Below are positions 28,320 through 53,131 of a stretch of 64,000 nucleotides of DNA, in pieces. The stretch's first letter is position 1, and every line of letters begins with the position of its first letter. A program made the position numbers and the translations under genes. Source of the stretch: the human T2T-CHM13v2.0 reference genome, Homo sapiens; NCBI RefSeq assembly GCF_009914755.1, contig NC_060938.1. One strand, written 5' to 3'. Under the pieces are notes generated by a model, which saw only the letters and a program-made list of their open reading frames with translations, had not been told where the DNA came from and made no database searches.

Positions 28320-28895
28320 AAAAAGTGCACAAAGGACGTGAACAGACGTTTTTCAAAAGAAGACATACAAATGGTCAAGTATATAAACAATGCTCAACAT
28401 CACTAATCATCAAAGAACTATAAATTAAAACCATTATAAGATATCATCTTATACCAGTCAGGGTGGCTTTTATTAAAAAGATAAAAAATAACATTTTGGC
28501 AAGGATGTGTAGAAAAGGGATCACTTATACACTGTTGATGGGAATGTAAATTAGTATAACCTCTATGGAAAATAGTGTATTGATTACTCAATGAACTGAA
28601 AATAGGACTACCATTTGATCTGGCAATTCCAGTGCTTGGTTTCAACCCAAAGGAAAAGAAATCATTATATCTTTTTGATACCTGGCCTTTCTTGTTATTG
28701 CAGCACTATTCACTATGACAAAGAAAGGGAATCAACCGAAGTGTCCATCAATGGATGAATGTATAAAGAAAATGTGGTAGATATATACAATGAAATACTA
28801 TTTAGACATAAAAATGAAATCATGTCTTTTGCAGAGACATGGATGAAACTGAAGACCATTATCTTAAGTGAAACAACTCAGACAAATATCATGTG
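28320..28895 (+). mobile_element. L1PB/L1M ORF2 3' fragment
   Basis: TCAAAAGAAGACATACAAATGG...ACATGGATGAAACTG. Confidence 0.8.
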
Positions 28896-29344
28896 GAAAC
28901 TCACTGGGCTGATGAATGCAGTCTTCCTGATGTGAATGGGATTGAAGAGCTTGTCAAAAAACATAAAGCCAACTTCACCCTTGTCACTGAACTGAGACTT
29001 TTCAACCAAACCTGTTACACAGAAAAGAAAATACCGAAAGAATATTCATCAATCTGTAAATAGTGATTATCTGTGGGGTATGTGTGGAAAATTATAGGAG
29101 ACTTAAATATTCTACATGATAGATTTTTATAATAGTTTATTTTTATAATTAGTGTGTTATGTTTGTAATTATAAATCAACAACAGCAAAATATAATTTAA
29201 AGGCTCAGAGTTTTAATAAAATATTTAGAATTGGATAAATTCATCTATGTGGCTTTAAAAGTAAAGTTTAAGATCTCTGTTGGTTATTTGGCCCTCTGGT
29301 TCTAATCTTTCCATTTTGGTAATATGTCCTGTAAAGATTAATCT

Positions 29345-30910
<1,566 letters not shown>

Positions 30911-32887
30911 ATCTGAAGTATTAGCTACTTGAATCATGTGAAATTGCCAATATTTTACCATATTTGACCAAATAACCAGTAATTTCACATTATTCAAGTT
31001 AATACATTATATTAGAGACCATCACATTTGGTAAGGCTTTTTATTGCTTTGTTAAACTCTTGTTTTATTCTAGATTAAAAAACAAAAAAACTATGCTTCA
31101 TGATCAAAAGAATTTGAAACTCACTGTACTAGACTGTCCTCATTCTCTTGCTGAGTCACAACACCGTGTTCTAGAGCACACACCTACCTATGTGTTGGGG
31201 GACAAAGCCTAAGGACACAGTCTAAGGCTGGACAATAATCTAGACTTCAACTTCATTGGAGTTTTTTACATTTATTTATCCTAAGACTTATACATTGTAT
31301 TTTCTTTTTCTTTATTCTCTCCTTCTCTTCCTTATTACCTTCTCCTTTCTCTTCTCCTCATCCCGTTTCTCCCCCTTCTACACATTGTTCCTTTGCTCTT
31401 TGACTTAACTTTAAATAAATGAAATCATCACAACGTGCTATGGAGTGATTTTTTTTTCTTGATTAGTGAAATTGTCAGGCATCTTACTTAAATTATTTCA
31501 TTTTTACTTACTTCTATTTGTTTTTGTTGCTTCCTATGCTTGGACACTTTGGGAAATATTTCTGAGTTCATGATTTGTAAAAATGTTTTAGAATACTTGG
31601 GAAAATTGAGATGCTACTGTATCATATATTTGTTTATTACTTTAATTAACTTTTACTTTGGGACGGTGAGAAGTGTTTTCATTTGTAGATGAGGAAACTA
31701 AAGTACAAAAAGATGACATGAATCTGCTTCACTTTTTGCTAAGTGAGAAATGTGGCAGTGTCTCTTTTGTATTAAAAAGACTCCCCCGTACTAATGATGG
31801 TGAATGGTATTAAGTTGAATATGCATTTGACTCCTTCTGGAAAAGCTTTTAAGACTGTCTCTTTGGATTCAGATACCAATGATTCCACTCAACCTCTATT
31901 CTTCTTAGTCTCTTAATCATTTCACCTTGATTTTATACCACATATTCTCTTCACTTCAAAACCAAAATATCCCAATGAACTGCCTAGCAATTTGAGGGTT
32001 TTATTTATTTGTTTATTTATTAGCCAGGATAAATTTTCTCCATTCATCAGGCCTTTGCATATCTTATCATGAAGTCTTTACATTATGAAATAGAATGCTC
32101 AAGCAGATGCTTTTAGAAAGCTGCTTGCCTCAGACTGTGTGCTTTTATATCTCTTTAACAACTAGACATGAATTGCTGTCACCAGGCATTAAGGCAGCTA
32201 CAATATTGCCTGTCATTAATAGTCTCTGTTACTCTGCCGTCATAATTGGTGACCTTAGCTTGGCCCTCTGCTATGAATGAGAATTTCTGTTAAGAGGGAA
32301 TATTAATGAAACAAAGTTAAATTCCTCAGCAGTTTTCAATTGGAATTGAAGTCTCCATTTAATTCTTGAAAGAGAATGGCTTTGAATCTATAAATATTGC
32401 TATTATGACTTCAAAATGATAGGCAAGATGCATGAAAATCATTATGCACAGAAGCCTTTCTTTTTGAGGATGTTGATATAGGTATTTTGTTCACTTTATA
32501 AAGTTCTTTGAAGATTAAAACATTTATTCTGAAGTACTGGTATAAATATAAAGGATAATTTACCCAAAGTAGGTATCAGCTAAAGAATTACTTAGTGAAA
32601 GGCACAAGGAGAAGTGCATTCTAAATCACTAGGTACTCCGCTAATTTTAAATTAAAAACTAGGCCAGATCATTATTTCTTTACATGCACAAACACTGAAG
32701 CATAGAGCATATTCTATGCTGTTTTTGAATGTAGGATTTTATGTTTTACTAAATGTCCCAGAGACACCATGTGCATATATTATCAACTTATATTTTTATA
32801 GTGGAAATGAACTAAGGGTTGAGTGACATGTTAATTGAACTGGGTCGTGCATCAGGACAATCATATAAATGACTGCCATGCTGATAG

Positions 32888-33274
<387 letters not shown>

Positions 33275-34904
33275 TAGGGCCATATATAAATGTAGAATTT
33301 AAAATTTTACCTTTTACTCATATTATACTGTCTTGTGGGACACCTGACATCATCATTGAATCTAAAAACTGGATAAAATCTTCTCAATGATATATTCTAA
33401 TCACTTCATTTTTAAAAATGAGAACCTTATTTTGAAATTTTAGCTAATTTCTAGCTATTCAATTTAATGATAATAATTTAATTTATTGCTTCAAATAGAA
33501 GTTTTGCTTTTGATATTATTTCCTTGCATTAAATCTGTCTACTGCTGTATTTCCTAGGTTTGAAGGACATTACTTTTTCACTTATCTTCTTTTTAAGGAT
33601 ATTCACTAGGCTAGCAAAGGTTAGTAGCAAGAGGTATTATGCAACTCATCTGGCATTTTGAGTCTCATTTAGTACCTCAATATGACTTTATTACTTCTGA
33701 ACACTGCTATGGAATGGAATATTCTTAGAGCTTTTTGAAATGGCATTAGGGCTCTCTGTCTCTCTGAATATTTATACATAGCTCCATGAGATGATAGATA
33801 AAAAATTGGCTGGTATTACTATGCCAGTTCAAATGATAGAAAGATGACAAGATTAAATATTTATGTGCACTTAAGGAATTTGTACAAAATAACACAGATA
33901 ACACCTATTCCTAAAATAGGATCCTAGTTTTCACCTAGTAGAGATGTTGCGCCTATGAGCTATAATCCTAAAATCTTGTATTAAGGCTGGATCTGACCAG
34001 AGGATCCAAAAGCTTCCCTTCTCACTGCATTGCCTTCCTTCTGGTTTTTTTTTTTTTTTTTTTTTTAAGTGGAGAGCTTATTTGTGAGTTGAATAAAATT
34101 TTCCTTCATAGTTGTGGGATAAAGCAATAGGCTTAAATGTGAGATAGTGGGGAACAGAGGATTTTAAAATGAAGAGAAATTGGCTAGAAGATTTGATTTG
34201 GCTATCTAACATAATTCATTCTCTTAGAAGTTGACTGGGATAAAGTTTCAGAAACAGTTATCTAGGTCAATTAGTTAGATATTTGTATTTACTTTTCCGG
34301 CAAGAAAACTCTCATTCCCAACCCCAGTTAAGAGGATGGTGGCTTCAGAAGAATACAACATAAACATTAATTCTACAAGATAAAAACTTAAAAGACATGT
34401 CAAGCTACATAATTATCAGAGCAGCTCAAATAATTTGGCAATCATCTTGTAACCATAGGACTATTTTCCTCCCCTCAATCTGGCAGGTGTAAGGAGAGCC
34501 AAGGAAAAAATTAAAGAAACCTTAGCAAGGTTATTTGATGTCTGACCTTCTTGCTCAGACTCTATGACACCCCCTTAGAAACTGGATTATCATGGGGATT
34601 TCTTTTCTGGATAGATAGTCTAGGTAGCTGTAGTTCAGTCTGAATGTGAAAACTCAATGTTTAATCTCCTGTTAAGATAAGAGTCAAGTTAGGCAGTTTC
34701 AGTAAAACATTTCATTTGGTTTCAAGGTATAAGCACTTTTGATATAAACTTTGCTCTGTGAAAAAGATGCACATTAATAACTAACAAGATTATTGTAAGC
34801 TTAAAAAATTTGGAATATTCAGACATAAACCAAACTGAAATTTATTTTTTGATTATCTGTGAAAGTTGGAATAAACAAATTAATAATATAAATAAAGATG
34901 TAGG

Positions 34905-38371
<3,467 letters not shown>

Positions 38372-38545
38372 ATTCCATGTCCTCTGATCCAGGAGGCCTT
38401 AGGTAACTCTCCTGCAGCCTCTGTTGCCCTGTGACCTGCAGGTACTGGAAGATCCATAGGGAGAATGATAGGACACCTGGAAGCTGGGAAATGGTACAGG
38501 GAGATTCATACTATGAAGTCAGGACACCTCAGAATCTGGGAAATG
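38372..38545 (+). pseudogene. Retrotransposed fragment resembling first exon(s) of ZNF91-type KRAB zinc-finger genes
   Basis: CAGCCTCTGTTGCCCTGTGACCTGCAGGTACTGGAAGATCCATAG...GGACACCTGGAAGCTGGGAAATG matches the recalled KRAB-ZNF exon-1 signature; a second 52-nt unit also ends CTGGGAAATG. Confidence 0.75.
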
Positions 38546-38571
38546 TTTCTAGTTTAAGAGTGATTTGATTG

Positions 38572-43738
<5,167 letters not shown>

Positions 43739-44277
43739 TTGATTAAGGTTTGTGTTGTGTTCTAGCATGTGATATATCCTGGAGAATTTTCCATGTGTGC
43801 TGGAGAAGAATGTTTACTGTTTTGCTTTTTGTGAAAAGTTCTGTATATGTCTGTTAGATATATTTAGTCTACAGTGTTAAGTCTGCTGTTTTTTAAATTG
43901 ATGTTGTCTGGATGTTCTGTCTATTATTGAAAGTGGGGTACTGGAGTAGCCAACTATCATTGTATTGCTGTCAATTTCTCCTTTCAGATTTGTTAATATT
44001 TGTTTTATATACTTAAGTGCTCTGATGTTGGCTGCACATATATTTATAATCACCATGTCTTCCTATTGAATTGACCCTTTTATCAGTATGTAATCATTAT
44101 ATAATTATCATTATATCTTCTTTGTCTCTACAGACAGTTTTTGACTTAAAGTCTACTTTGTCTGATATAAATACAGCCACTCTTGCTTCCTTTTCATTAC
44201 CATTTGCATGGAATATCTTTTTCCCTCCTTCCACTTTCAGCCCATGTGTGTCCTTGAATCTAAAGTGTGTTTCTTAG
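43739..44277 (-). mobile_element. Continuation of host L1MA (ORF2 endonuclease region)
   Basis: Resumes the minus-strand ORF2 sequence that stopped at 38371. Confidence 0.8.
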
Positions 44278-46061
44278 AGAAATTATTAATGAACACAGTG
44301 AAATAACTAATTTTTTCCAAACTTTTAAGCATAAGTTATATATCAATAATTTTTAGAATTAGAAATCAGTTTCAACTTTTTATTAAAAGATCTGGATGTG
44401 GTACCATTTATATTTTTACTGGATATTAATAAGCTTTCAAGTACTTAACATATTTTTAAAAATAAATTTTAGTAATTCTTATTGTTTTTTCAGTCTGAAT
44501 TATGAGGTTGTGGTAAGTTATGTAATTACACTTGAGATATATTGACTGTTTTAAATGAACAAATAACTTCCTATAATCCTTTGTTGGTAGCAGAGAGATA
44601 GATAGGACATATATAGAAATACCGTAGACGTAAGTAAATGAAGGATAATGTGACATGAAGGTGTCCAAATGCATCCCAGCTGCCAACGTGTTGATCCCTG
44701 TAATACATTACTACTTTAGGTTAAAATACAAAATACCTCTGATAATCCTAACTATATCAAGCTACTCTTAGCCAATGATGTTAACTAGAATGAATGTCTT
44801 AATACATGTGTTTGTTTACTCTCATATTGCCATCAAAATGGGGAGAGGATAGGACCTAGAGAGAGGCATTCAGGTAATAAGAAAGGCACTAATCTCTAGA
44901 GAAGTAGGAAAAAGAACAGGTGAATACAAGGTTCACCAAGGGAGGACATTGAAAGTAAAGTTTTGCATTTTGGCTAAAAGTTTGTGTGTGTTGATTAGGT
45001 GGGGGATGTGGTAGAAGGTGGAATAAAGATACTCTACAAGGTTTTGTTATCAGGGTGATGCTGTCCTCGTACAGTGAGTTAGGGAGGAGTCCCTCCTTTT
45101 TAATTTTTTGGAACAGTTTCAGTAGAAATGGTACCAGCTCATCATTGTACATCTGGTAGAATTCAACTCTGAATCCATCTGGTCCTGGACTTTTTTTGGT
45201 TGGTAAGCTATTGATACTCCCTCGATTTCAGAACTTGTTATTGGTTTATTCAGGGATGGCATTCAATTTCTACCTGGTTCAGTCTTGGGAGGGTGTGTGT
45301 GTCCAGTAATTTATCCATTTCTTCTAGATTTTTTATTTAAGTGAATAGAAGTGTTCATAATACTCTCTGATGTTTATTTGTATTTCTGGGGGTCAGTGCT
45401 GATATCCCCCTTGTCACTTCCAATTGTGTTTATTTGAATCTTCTCTCTTTTCTTCTTTATTAGTCTAGCTAGCAGTCTATTTTATTATTTTTTTCCAAAA
45501 AAATCAGCTCCTGGATTTGTTGATTTTTTGAAGGGCTTTTTATGTCTCTGTCTCCTTCATTTCAGTTCTGATATTGGTTATTTCTTGTCTCCAGCTAGCT
45601 TTGGGATTTGTTTACTCTTGGTTCTCTAGTTCCTTTAGTTGTGATGTTAGGTTGCTAACTTGAGATCTTTCTAGCTTTTCGATGTAGGCATTTAGTGCTA
45701 TAAATTCCTCTCTTAGCACTGCCTTAGCTGCATCCCAGAGATTCTGGTATGTTATATCTTTGTTCTCATTAGTTTCAAAGAACTTACTGATTTCTTCCTA
45801 ATTTCATTTTTTACCCCAAAGTCATTCAAGAGCAGGTTGTTCAATTTCCATGTAGTTGTATGGTTTTGAGCGACTTTCTTAATCTTGATTTCTAATTTGA
45901 TTGCACTGAGGTCTGAGAGACTGTTATGATTTCAGTTCTTTTGCATTTGCTGAGGAGTGTTTTACTTCTGATTATGTGATTAATTTTAGAGTTGGTGCCA
46001 TGTGGCAATGAGAAGAATGTATATTCTGTTTTTTTGGGTGGAGAGTTCTGTAGATATATAT

Positions 46062-46432
46062 TTTATTAGTCCATTCTCAAACTGCTGTAAACATGCTACC
46101 TGAGACTGAGTAATTTATAAACAAAGGAGATTTAATTGACTCACAGTTCTGTGTGGCTGGGGAGGCCTCAGGAAACTTACAATCATGGAAGAAAGCGAAG
46201 TGGAAGGAAGGACATTCTTCACATGGCAACAGGAGAGAGAAGAGCGAGCAAAGAAGAAACTCACCAAACACTTATAAAACTATCAGATCTCACGAAAACT
46301 CACTATCATGAGAACAGCGTGGGAGAAACCACTCCCATGATCCAACAAACTCCCACCAGGTTCTTTCCTCAACACCTGGGGATTATAATTCAAGATGAGA
46401 TTTGGGTGGAGACACAAAGCCAAACCATATCA
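46062..46432 (-). mobile_element. THE1D-like MaLR solo LTR
   Basis: T(T)TATTAGTCCATTCTC...CCAAACCATATCA; 5-bp TSD TATAT/TCTAT. Confidence 0.9.
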
Positions 46433-48309
46433 TCTATCAAGTCCACTTGATCCAGAGCTGAGTTCGGGTCCTAAATTTCTTTGTTTATTGTCAGTGGGGT
46501 GTTAAAGTCTTCCACTATTATTTTGTGGTAGTCTATTTCTCTTGGAAGGTTTCTAAGAACTTGCTTTATGAATCTGCTTGCTCCCGTATTGGGTGCATAT
46601 ATATTTAGGATAGTTACCTTTTTTTTTTGTTGAATTGAACCCTTTACTATTACATAATACCTTTCTTTGTCTTTTTTGATCTTTGTTGGTTTAAAGTCTG
46701 TTTGTCAAAAACTAGGACTGCAACCCCTGCTTTTTGCTGTTTTCCTTTTGCTCTGGAAATATTCTTCCATCCCTTTATTTTGAGCCTAAGTGTGTCCTAT
46801 CATGTGAGATGGGTCTCTAGAAGACAGCATATCATTGGGTGTTGGTTCTTTATTCAGCTTTCAGTTCTGTGTCTTTTAATTGGGACATTTAGCTCATTTA
46901 CATTTAAGGTTAATATTGTTATGTGTGGATTTGATCCTGTCATCGTGATGCTAATTGATTATTTTGCAGACTGGCTTATGTGGTTGCTTCATAGCATCAC
47001 ATGTCTGTGTACCTCAATGTGTTTTTGTAGTGGCTGGTAAAGGTTTTTCCTTTCCATAGTTAGTGCTTCCTTCAGGAGCTCTTATAAGGCAGGACTGATG
47101 GTAACAACTTCCCTCTGCATTTGCTTGTCTGAAAGGGATCTTATTTCTCCTTCATTTATGAGGCTTAGTTTGGCCAGATATAAAATTCTGGGCTGGAAAT
47201 TCTTTTCTTTAAGAATGTTTATTATTTGCCCTCAATCTCTTCTGGCTTGTAGGGTTTTCACTGAAAGGGCCACAGTGAGTCTGATGGGCTTCCCTTTTTA
47301 GGTGTCCTGGCTTTTCTCTCAGACTGTCCCTAATATTTTTTCTTCTATTTTGACCTTAGAGAATCTGATGATTATGTGTGTTGGGGATGATCTCATGGAG
47401 TATCTTACTGGGGTTCTCTGTATTTCCTAAATTTGAATGTTAGCCTGTCTAGCTAGGTTGAGGAGGTTCTCCTGGATGATGTACTGAAAATATGTTTTCC
47501 AAATTTGTTCCATTTTCCCCATCTCTTTCATGTACCCTAATCAATTGTAGATTCAATTTGTTTTACATAATTCCATATTTCTTGTAGGCTTTGTTTATTC
47601 CTTTTCATTCTTTTCTCTCCATTCTTGTCTTCCTGTCTTATTTCAGAAATATGGTCTTCAAGCTCTGATATTCTTTCCTCTGCTTGGTCTATTCTGCTAT
47701 TAATATTTGTGATTACATTGTGAAGTTCTTGTAGTGTGTTTCTCAGCTCTATCAGGTAGATTATGTTCCTCTCTCTACTGGCTATTTTGATTGTTAGCTC
47801 CTGCATTGTTTTGTCATGTTTCTTAGCTTCTTTGCATTGGGTTACAATATGGTCCTTTAGCTCAGCAAAGTTTTTCCTTATCCACATTCTGATGCCTACT
47901 TCTGCCTTTTTAGCCATCTCAGCCTCAACCCATTTCTGAACCCTTGCTGGAGAGGTGTTGTGGTCATTTAGAGGAAAGGGACCACTCTGGCTTTTCAAGT
48001 TTTCAGCATTTTGCCTGATCCTTTCTCATATTTTTGGCTTATCTACCTTCGATCTTTGAGGTTGCTGACCTTTGGGTGAGGTTTTTGTGTTTGTCGTTGT
48101 TGTTTGTTTGTTTTTGTTTTAATACTCTTCTGTGGGGCTGCTATGGTTTTCTGAGAGTCCCCTCCAGACCCTAGTCACCTCAGTTTTTCCATTACCTGGA
48201 GGTATCATTAGTGAAGGATGTGAAACAGCAAAGTTGGCAGCCTGCCCCTTCTGCTGGAAGCTCTGTCCCATAGGGGTATTGACCTATTGCTGGCCTGAAC
48301 ATGCCTGTA

Positions 48310-49320
48310 GGAGGTGGCTGGAGATCCCAGTTGGAAGGTCTCATCCAGTCAGGAGGAACAGGATTAGGACCTGCTTAAAGGAGCAGTCTGGCTGCATTTT
48401 GGTAGAGCAGCTGTGCAGTGTTGAGGATCCCTTCAGCTTCTGATCAGTTTGGGCTCTCCAAGGCCACATGATGGACTGGCTGAGATGCTGAAACAGCAAA
48501 GGAGGTGGCCTGCCCTGCACTCCCAGGCACTCTGTCCCAAGGAGAAATTAGATCTCTGTTAGCTGTAGAACATGGGTTGGGGTGGCTGGGGGCCTTAGCT
48601 GGGAGGACTCAGGAGGAATGGATCTGGGTAGCATTTATAGAAGCAGTCTGGCCACACCTTGACAAACAGCTGATGAACCACCTCTGCCCCGGGTTGGCTT
48701 GGACTTCCAAAGCCTGCAGGCTGAAACGGCAGAGCTGCCAAAGATGGCCACTAGCTTCTCCCCTCAGGCGCTTGGTACCAGGGAGAAATCAGAACTGTGT
48801 CTGTAGAATACAGGTGGGGATAGCTGGAGGTTATCCCAGCTGGGAGGACCCACCCCATAAGGAAGAGTGGATTGGGGTCCCATTTAAAGAAGAAGTCTGG
48901 CCATGCCTTGACAAAGCAGCTGTGCTGTGCTGGGTGACCACTTCTGCCCTGGTTGGCTTGGACTCTCCAAAGCCCACAGGCTAGAACAGCTGAGTGGTCC
49001 AAACAACCAAGGTTGTGGCCTACCCCTCTCCCTGGACACTCCATTCACAGAGAGATCAGAGCTCCATCTGTAGAATATGGGCAGGTGGGGTAGCTGAAGG
49101 CCGTGGCTGGGAGGCCCCACTCAGTGAGAAGGAATGGATCAGGGATCCACTCAAAGAAGCAGTTTAGCCACGTTCTAGCAAAGCAGCTGTGCTGTGCTGG
49201 GGGGACCCTTTCTCATCTGGACCATTTGGACTCTCCAAAGCCCACAGGCTGGAATGGCTGAGTTGGCAAAACAGCAGAGATGGCGGCCTGCCTCTACCCC
49301 CAGGCACTCTGTCCCATCTC
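48310..49320 (-). repeat. Four diverged ~250-265-bp tandem units in the L1 5' UTR
   Basis: Anchor (A/G)AGCAGTCTGGC variants at 48381, 48641, 48890 and 49157. Confidence 0.8.
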
Positions 49321-51996
49321 AGGCAGGCCTCACCCTGTTGCCGGTGGCTGGCTGGAATTCCAAGCCAGTGGGTCTTATCATGTGAGTTGTGGTAGAAGTG
49401 GGGCCTGCAGACTGATGCTGCTTGGCCTCCTGGATTCAGTCTCTTTCCTAGGGGCATATATGGACCTCCCACTTTGCCAGGGATCCTGGGGCTGGAGTAT
49501 GTAAAGCCCCTGGCTCTCTGTGCATACATGAGCAGCTGATTTGCTGAGACTCCACACAGCTCTGTGTGTTAGACCCAAGGCCCTGGTGGCATGGACTCAT
49601 GAGGGTATCTCCTGATCTGAGGGTTGCGAAGATCCATGGGAGAATTGTGGCTTCCCAGGCTTGCACATTCTCTCACAGCTTCCATTCACTGGGAGTGGGG
49701 GTCCTTTGGCTCTGTATCACTCCCTGGTGGGCTGTCACCTCCCCCTGTTTTTCTTCATTCTCCATGGGTTGAGCTGTTTTCCTGGTCAGTCCCAATGTGA
49801 ATACCTGGATATCTCAGTTGAAGGTGCTGTATTCACTCGCCTCTTCTGTTTCTCTCTGTGAGAGCCACACACCACTGCTTCCACTTGGCCATTTTGACCC
49901 CCTCCAAATTATGACTTTCAAATCTACCAGTGTTGTATTGTTGCCATCAAGGATATTTTTCTTTTAAGTGACTGCTTAATACTAATTCCACGTCATGTAG
50001 TGATTTCTGAAATTGTGATAAAGATACAAAACATCTGCTGCCTTTTGCAGAAAATTGTGCCTCAGGGGCAAACCAGGTTTAGATGTAATCGAAGTTCGTC
50101 CTTTGGATCCTTATTTTGCCACAGACCCACTGTGTGACTTGAATTAAACCCATTCTTTGTATTCATAATTTACTGAAGAAGCAGACTAATTTGGTCCCAC
50201 TTGACAAACAAGGTTGTTATTTGTGAGTGATTTCTATTATCTAATACAAATTTAGCACACAGAGAAATTAATGAAATAAAACATTTATTTAAGTCATAAA
50301 AAGTGAAATAAAGAATTGAGAAAATTATCTGCAATAATTCAGACCTAGAGTAACTTTCACCTAAATTTTGAAATAATGGAGAAAAATATTATGTGAACTT
50401 TTTGTTTTGCTTACATTTTCTGTTCAATTGCTTTATCTGCTGTGTGTATAAGGAAACCTTCCACTCATCCATCTTCTATTCTACAAATGTTTATTGAACA
50501 CCTTGTCTGGCTAAGAACTGGAAATATGTGGTGAGATGAATAATACCATCCCTCCAGAAACTTGTTGTATTGCAGAACTCTTAGTCTCTTAGTAACTGGT
50601 TTTATTACTTTGTAAAATATAAATATAATACAGATAAATTTAAGCAGTTTTAAGGCCCACGCTTGAGATGTTAGCCGTCAAGAACAAAACCAGATCAATT
50701 GCCAAATATTCTGAAAAGCAATAAAATATTCACTTGAGTCTCTTGAAGCATGCCAAGTGGGATTGAAATAATAAATCTCAGCTAAATCTCCCACTCCCAC
50801 CACTTCTCACACGAATGAACTCCGTCCCTTAAATCTCTGAGCTCCCTCTCTCTGAATGCCCTAAAAATTTCTTCAGCTCTTGATTTCTCCCTTCTATATC
50901 TCCATATTCTTTTTCCCAGTAACTCTGACTTGTCAGAGTTCCTCAGTTCTTCCCTTGCTCACTCCATTGACTTGGGCCAAAAAAAGACATGTCATAGAGA
51001 TAGAATCTTCCTTTAGTAAGGGACACACACATCCTTTTTCTCCCATACCATCACCTCCCCACATACTTTGTTTTCTGTAGCATGAAACTTACGAAAGAGT
51101 ATTTGAGTTAGATTTCTAGGATATCTGAAAATCTGAGAAAAATATATTGTCAAATCTAAAACATAAATTAGTTTATTGTTCCAGTCACTTAATATTAATG
51201 AATTGAATATAATAATTTTCTTTTGGTTTAGACCTTCATAACCTTGGCCCAAAGCAGTATGCCTAGGCTAAACCATTTTGCAGTTGTGGAACAGCCAAGT
51301 AGGCTATGATATATGTATTATGATTGTTTCATAAACAAATTTATTTTAAAATAACTTTTAAATTTTTAATTACTATGAGTACGTAATAGGTGTATATACG
51401 CATGGGGTACATGTATTCTGATAAAGGCATATCATGTATAATAATCACATCATGGTAATTGGGGTATATATCATCTCAAGCATTTACCATTTCTTTGTAT
51501 TAGGGACATTCCAATTCAACTCTTTTAGTTATTAAAAAACGTACAATAATTATTGTTCACTATAGTCACCTTGTTATGCTATCAAACACTAAATCTTATT
51601 CATTCTATTTAACTATATTTTTGGACCCATTAACCATCCCCACTTTTTTTTCTCCTGCCTCCCTCTACTCTTCCTAGCCACTGGTAAGCATCATTCTAGT
51701 CTCTATCTGCGTGAGATCAATTGTTTTAATTTTTATCTTTCACATATGAGTGAGAACATGAGAAATTTGTCTTTCTTTGCCTCATTTATTTTACTTAACA
51801 TAATGTTCTCCAGTTCTACCATGTTGTTGCAAATGACAGGACTGTATTTTATTTAATGGCTGAATAGTATTCCATAGTGTATACGTACTACAGTTTCTTT
51901 ACCCATTCATCTGTTGATGTACACATAGCTTGATTCCAAATCTTGGCTATTGTGAATAGTGCTACAAAAAACATGGGGGTGCAGATATCGCTTTGA

Positions 51997-52353
<357 letters not shown>

Positions 52354-52673
52354 TCCTTTCTTTTTAATTTTCTTTTTAGTATGTACTTAGCAGTGAGCTT
52401 GCTGGAAATGTTAATACTGTTCACAGTTTTTTTGAGGAACCTCTTTATTGTTCTCCATAGTAGCTGTACTTTTCCATTTCCACCAACAGTGTACAAGGGT
52501 TCCCCTTTCTTCACATCCTTTTCAGCATTCATTATTGGCTGTCTTTTGGATGAAAGTGATTTTAACTGGGATAAAATAATCTCTTATTTTAGTTCTGATC
52601 TGCATTTCTGAAGACTGATCATTGATCATTGATGATCAATGATGTTGAGCATTTAAAAAAATATACCTGGTTG

Positions 52674-53131
52674 TGAGTGAATAAACTGTGGTATATGTAT
52701 ATATGATGGCATACTACTCAGCCACAAGATGGAATGAATTAATGGCATTTGCAGCAACCTGGATGGGGTTGGAGACTATTATTCGAAGTGAAGTAACTCA
52801 GGAATGGAGAACCAAACATCATATGTTCTCACTCATAACTGGGAGCTAAGGTATAAGAATGATACAAGTGGGTGATATAATGATATAATGATCATAATTA
52901 TAATGATATAAGTGGATGCAAAGGCGTAAGAATGACATAATGAACTTTGGGGATTCGGGGTAAAAGGGTGAAACGGGGATGAGGGATAAAAGACTACAAA
53001 TAGGGTTGAGTGTATATTGCTCAGGAGATGGGTGCACCAAAATCTCACAAATCACCGCTAAAGAACTTACTCATCTAACCAAATACCATCTGTTCCCCAA
53101 AAACCTATGGAAATTAAAAATTAAAAAAAAA
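52674..53131 (+). mobile_element. L1PB1-like 3' end
   Basis: GGGTGCACCAAAATCTCACAAATCACC..CCCCAAAAACCTATGGAAAT; flanking repeat CTGGTTG. Confidence 0.9.

Larger units (their letters stand above)
45035..49905 (-). mobile_element. Old L1P (L1PA13-16/L1PREC2-like): 5' UTR, ORF1 and 5' ORF2, 3'-truncated
   Basis: ORF1 peptide NSRIDQAEERISELED; ORF2 [13 protein letters not shown]; 5' start motif CAAAATGGCC near 49885-49895. Confidence 0.88.

Noticed and set aside
48132-49861. Many overlapping ORFs
   Set aside because: Arise from the repeated GC-rich L1 5' UTR
52616-52645. TGATCA-rich quasi-palindrome
   Set aside because: Small inverted templated insertion in an L1; no sign of function
52850-52915. 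(GATATAAT)-like insert in L1PB1
   Set aside because: Low-complexity expansion
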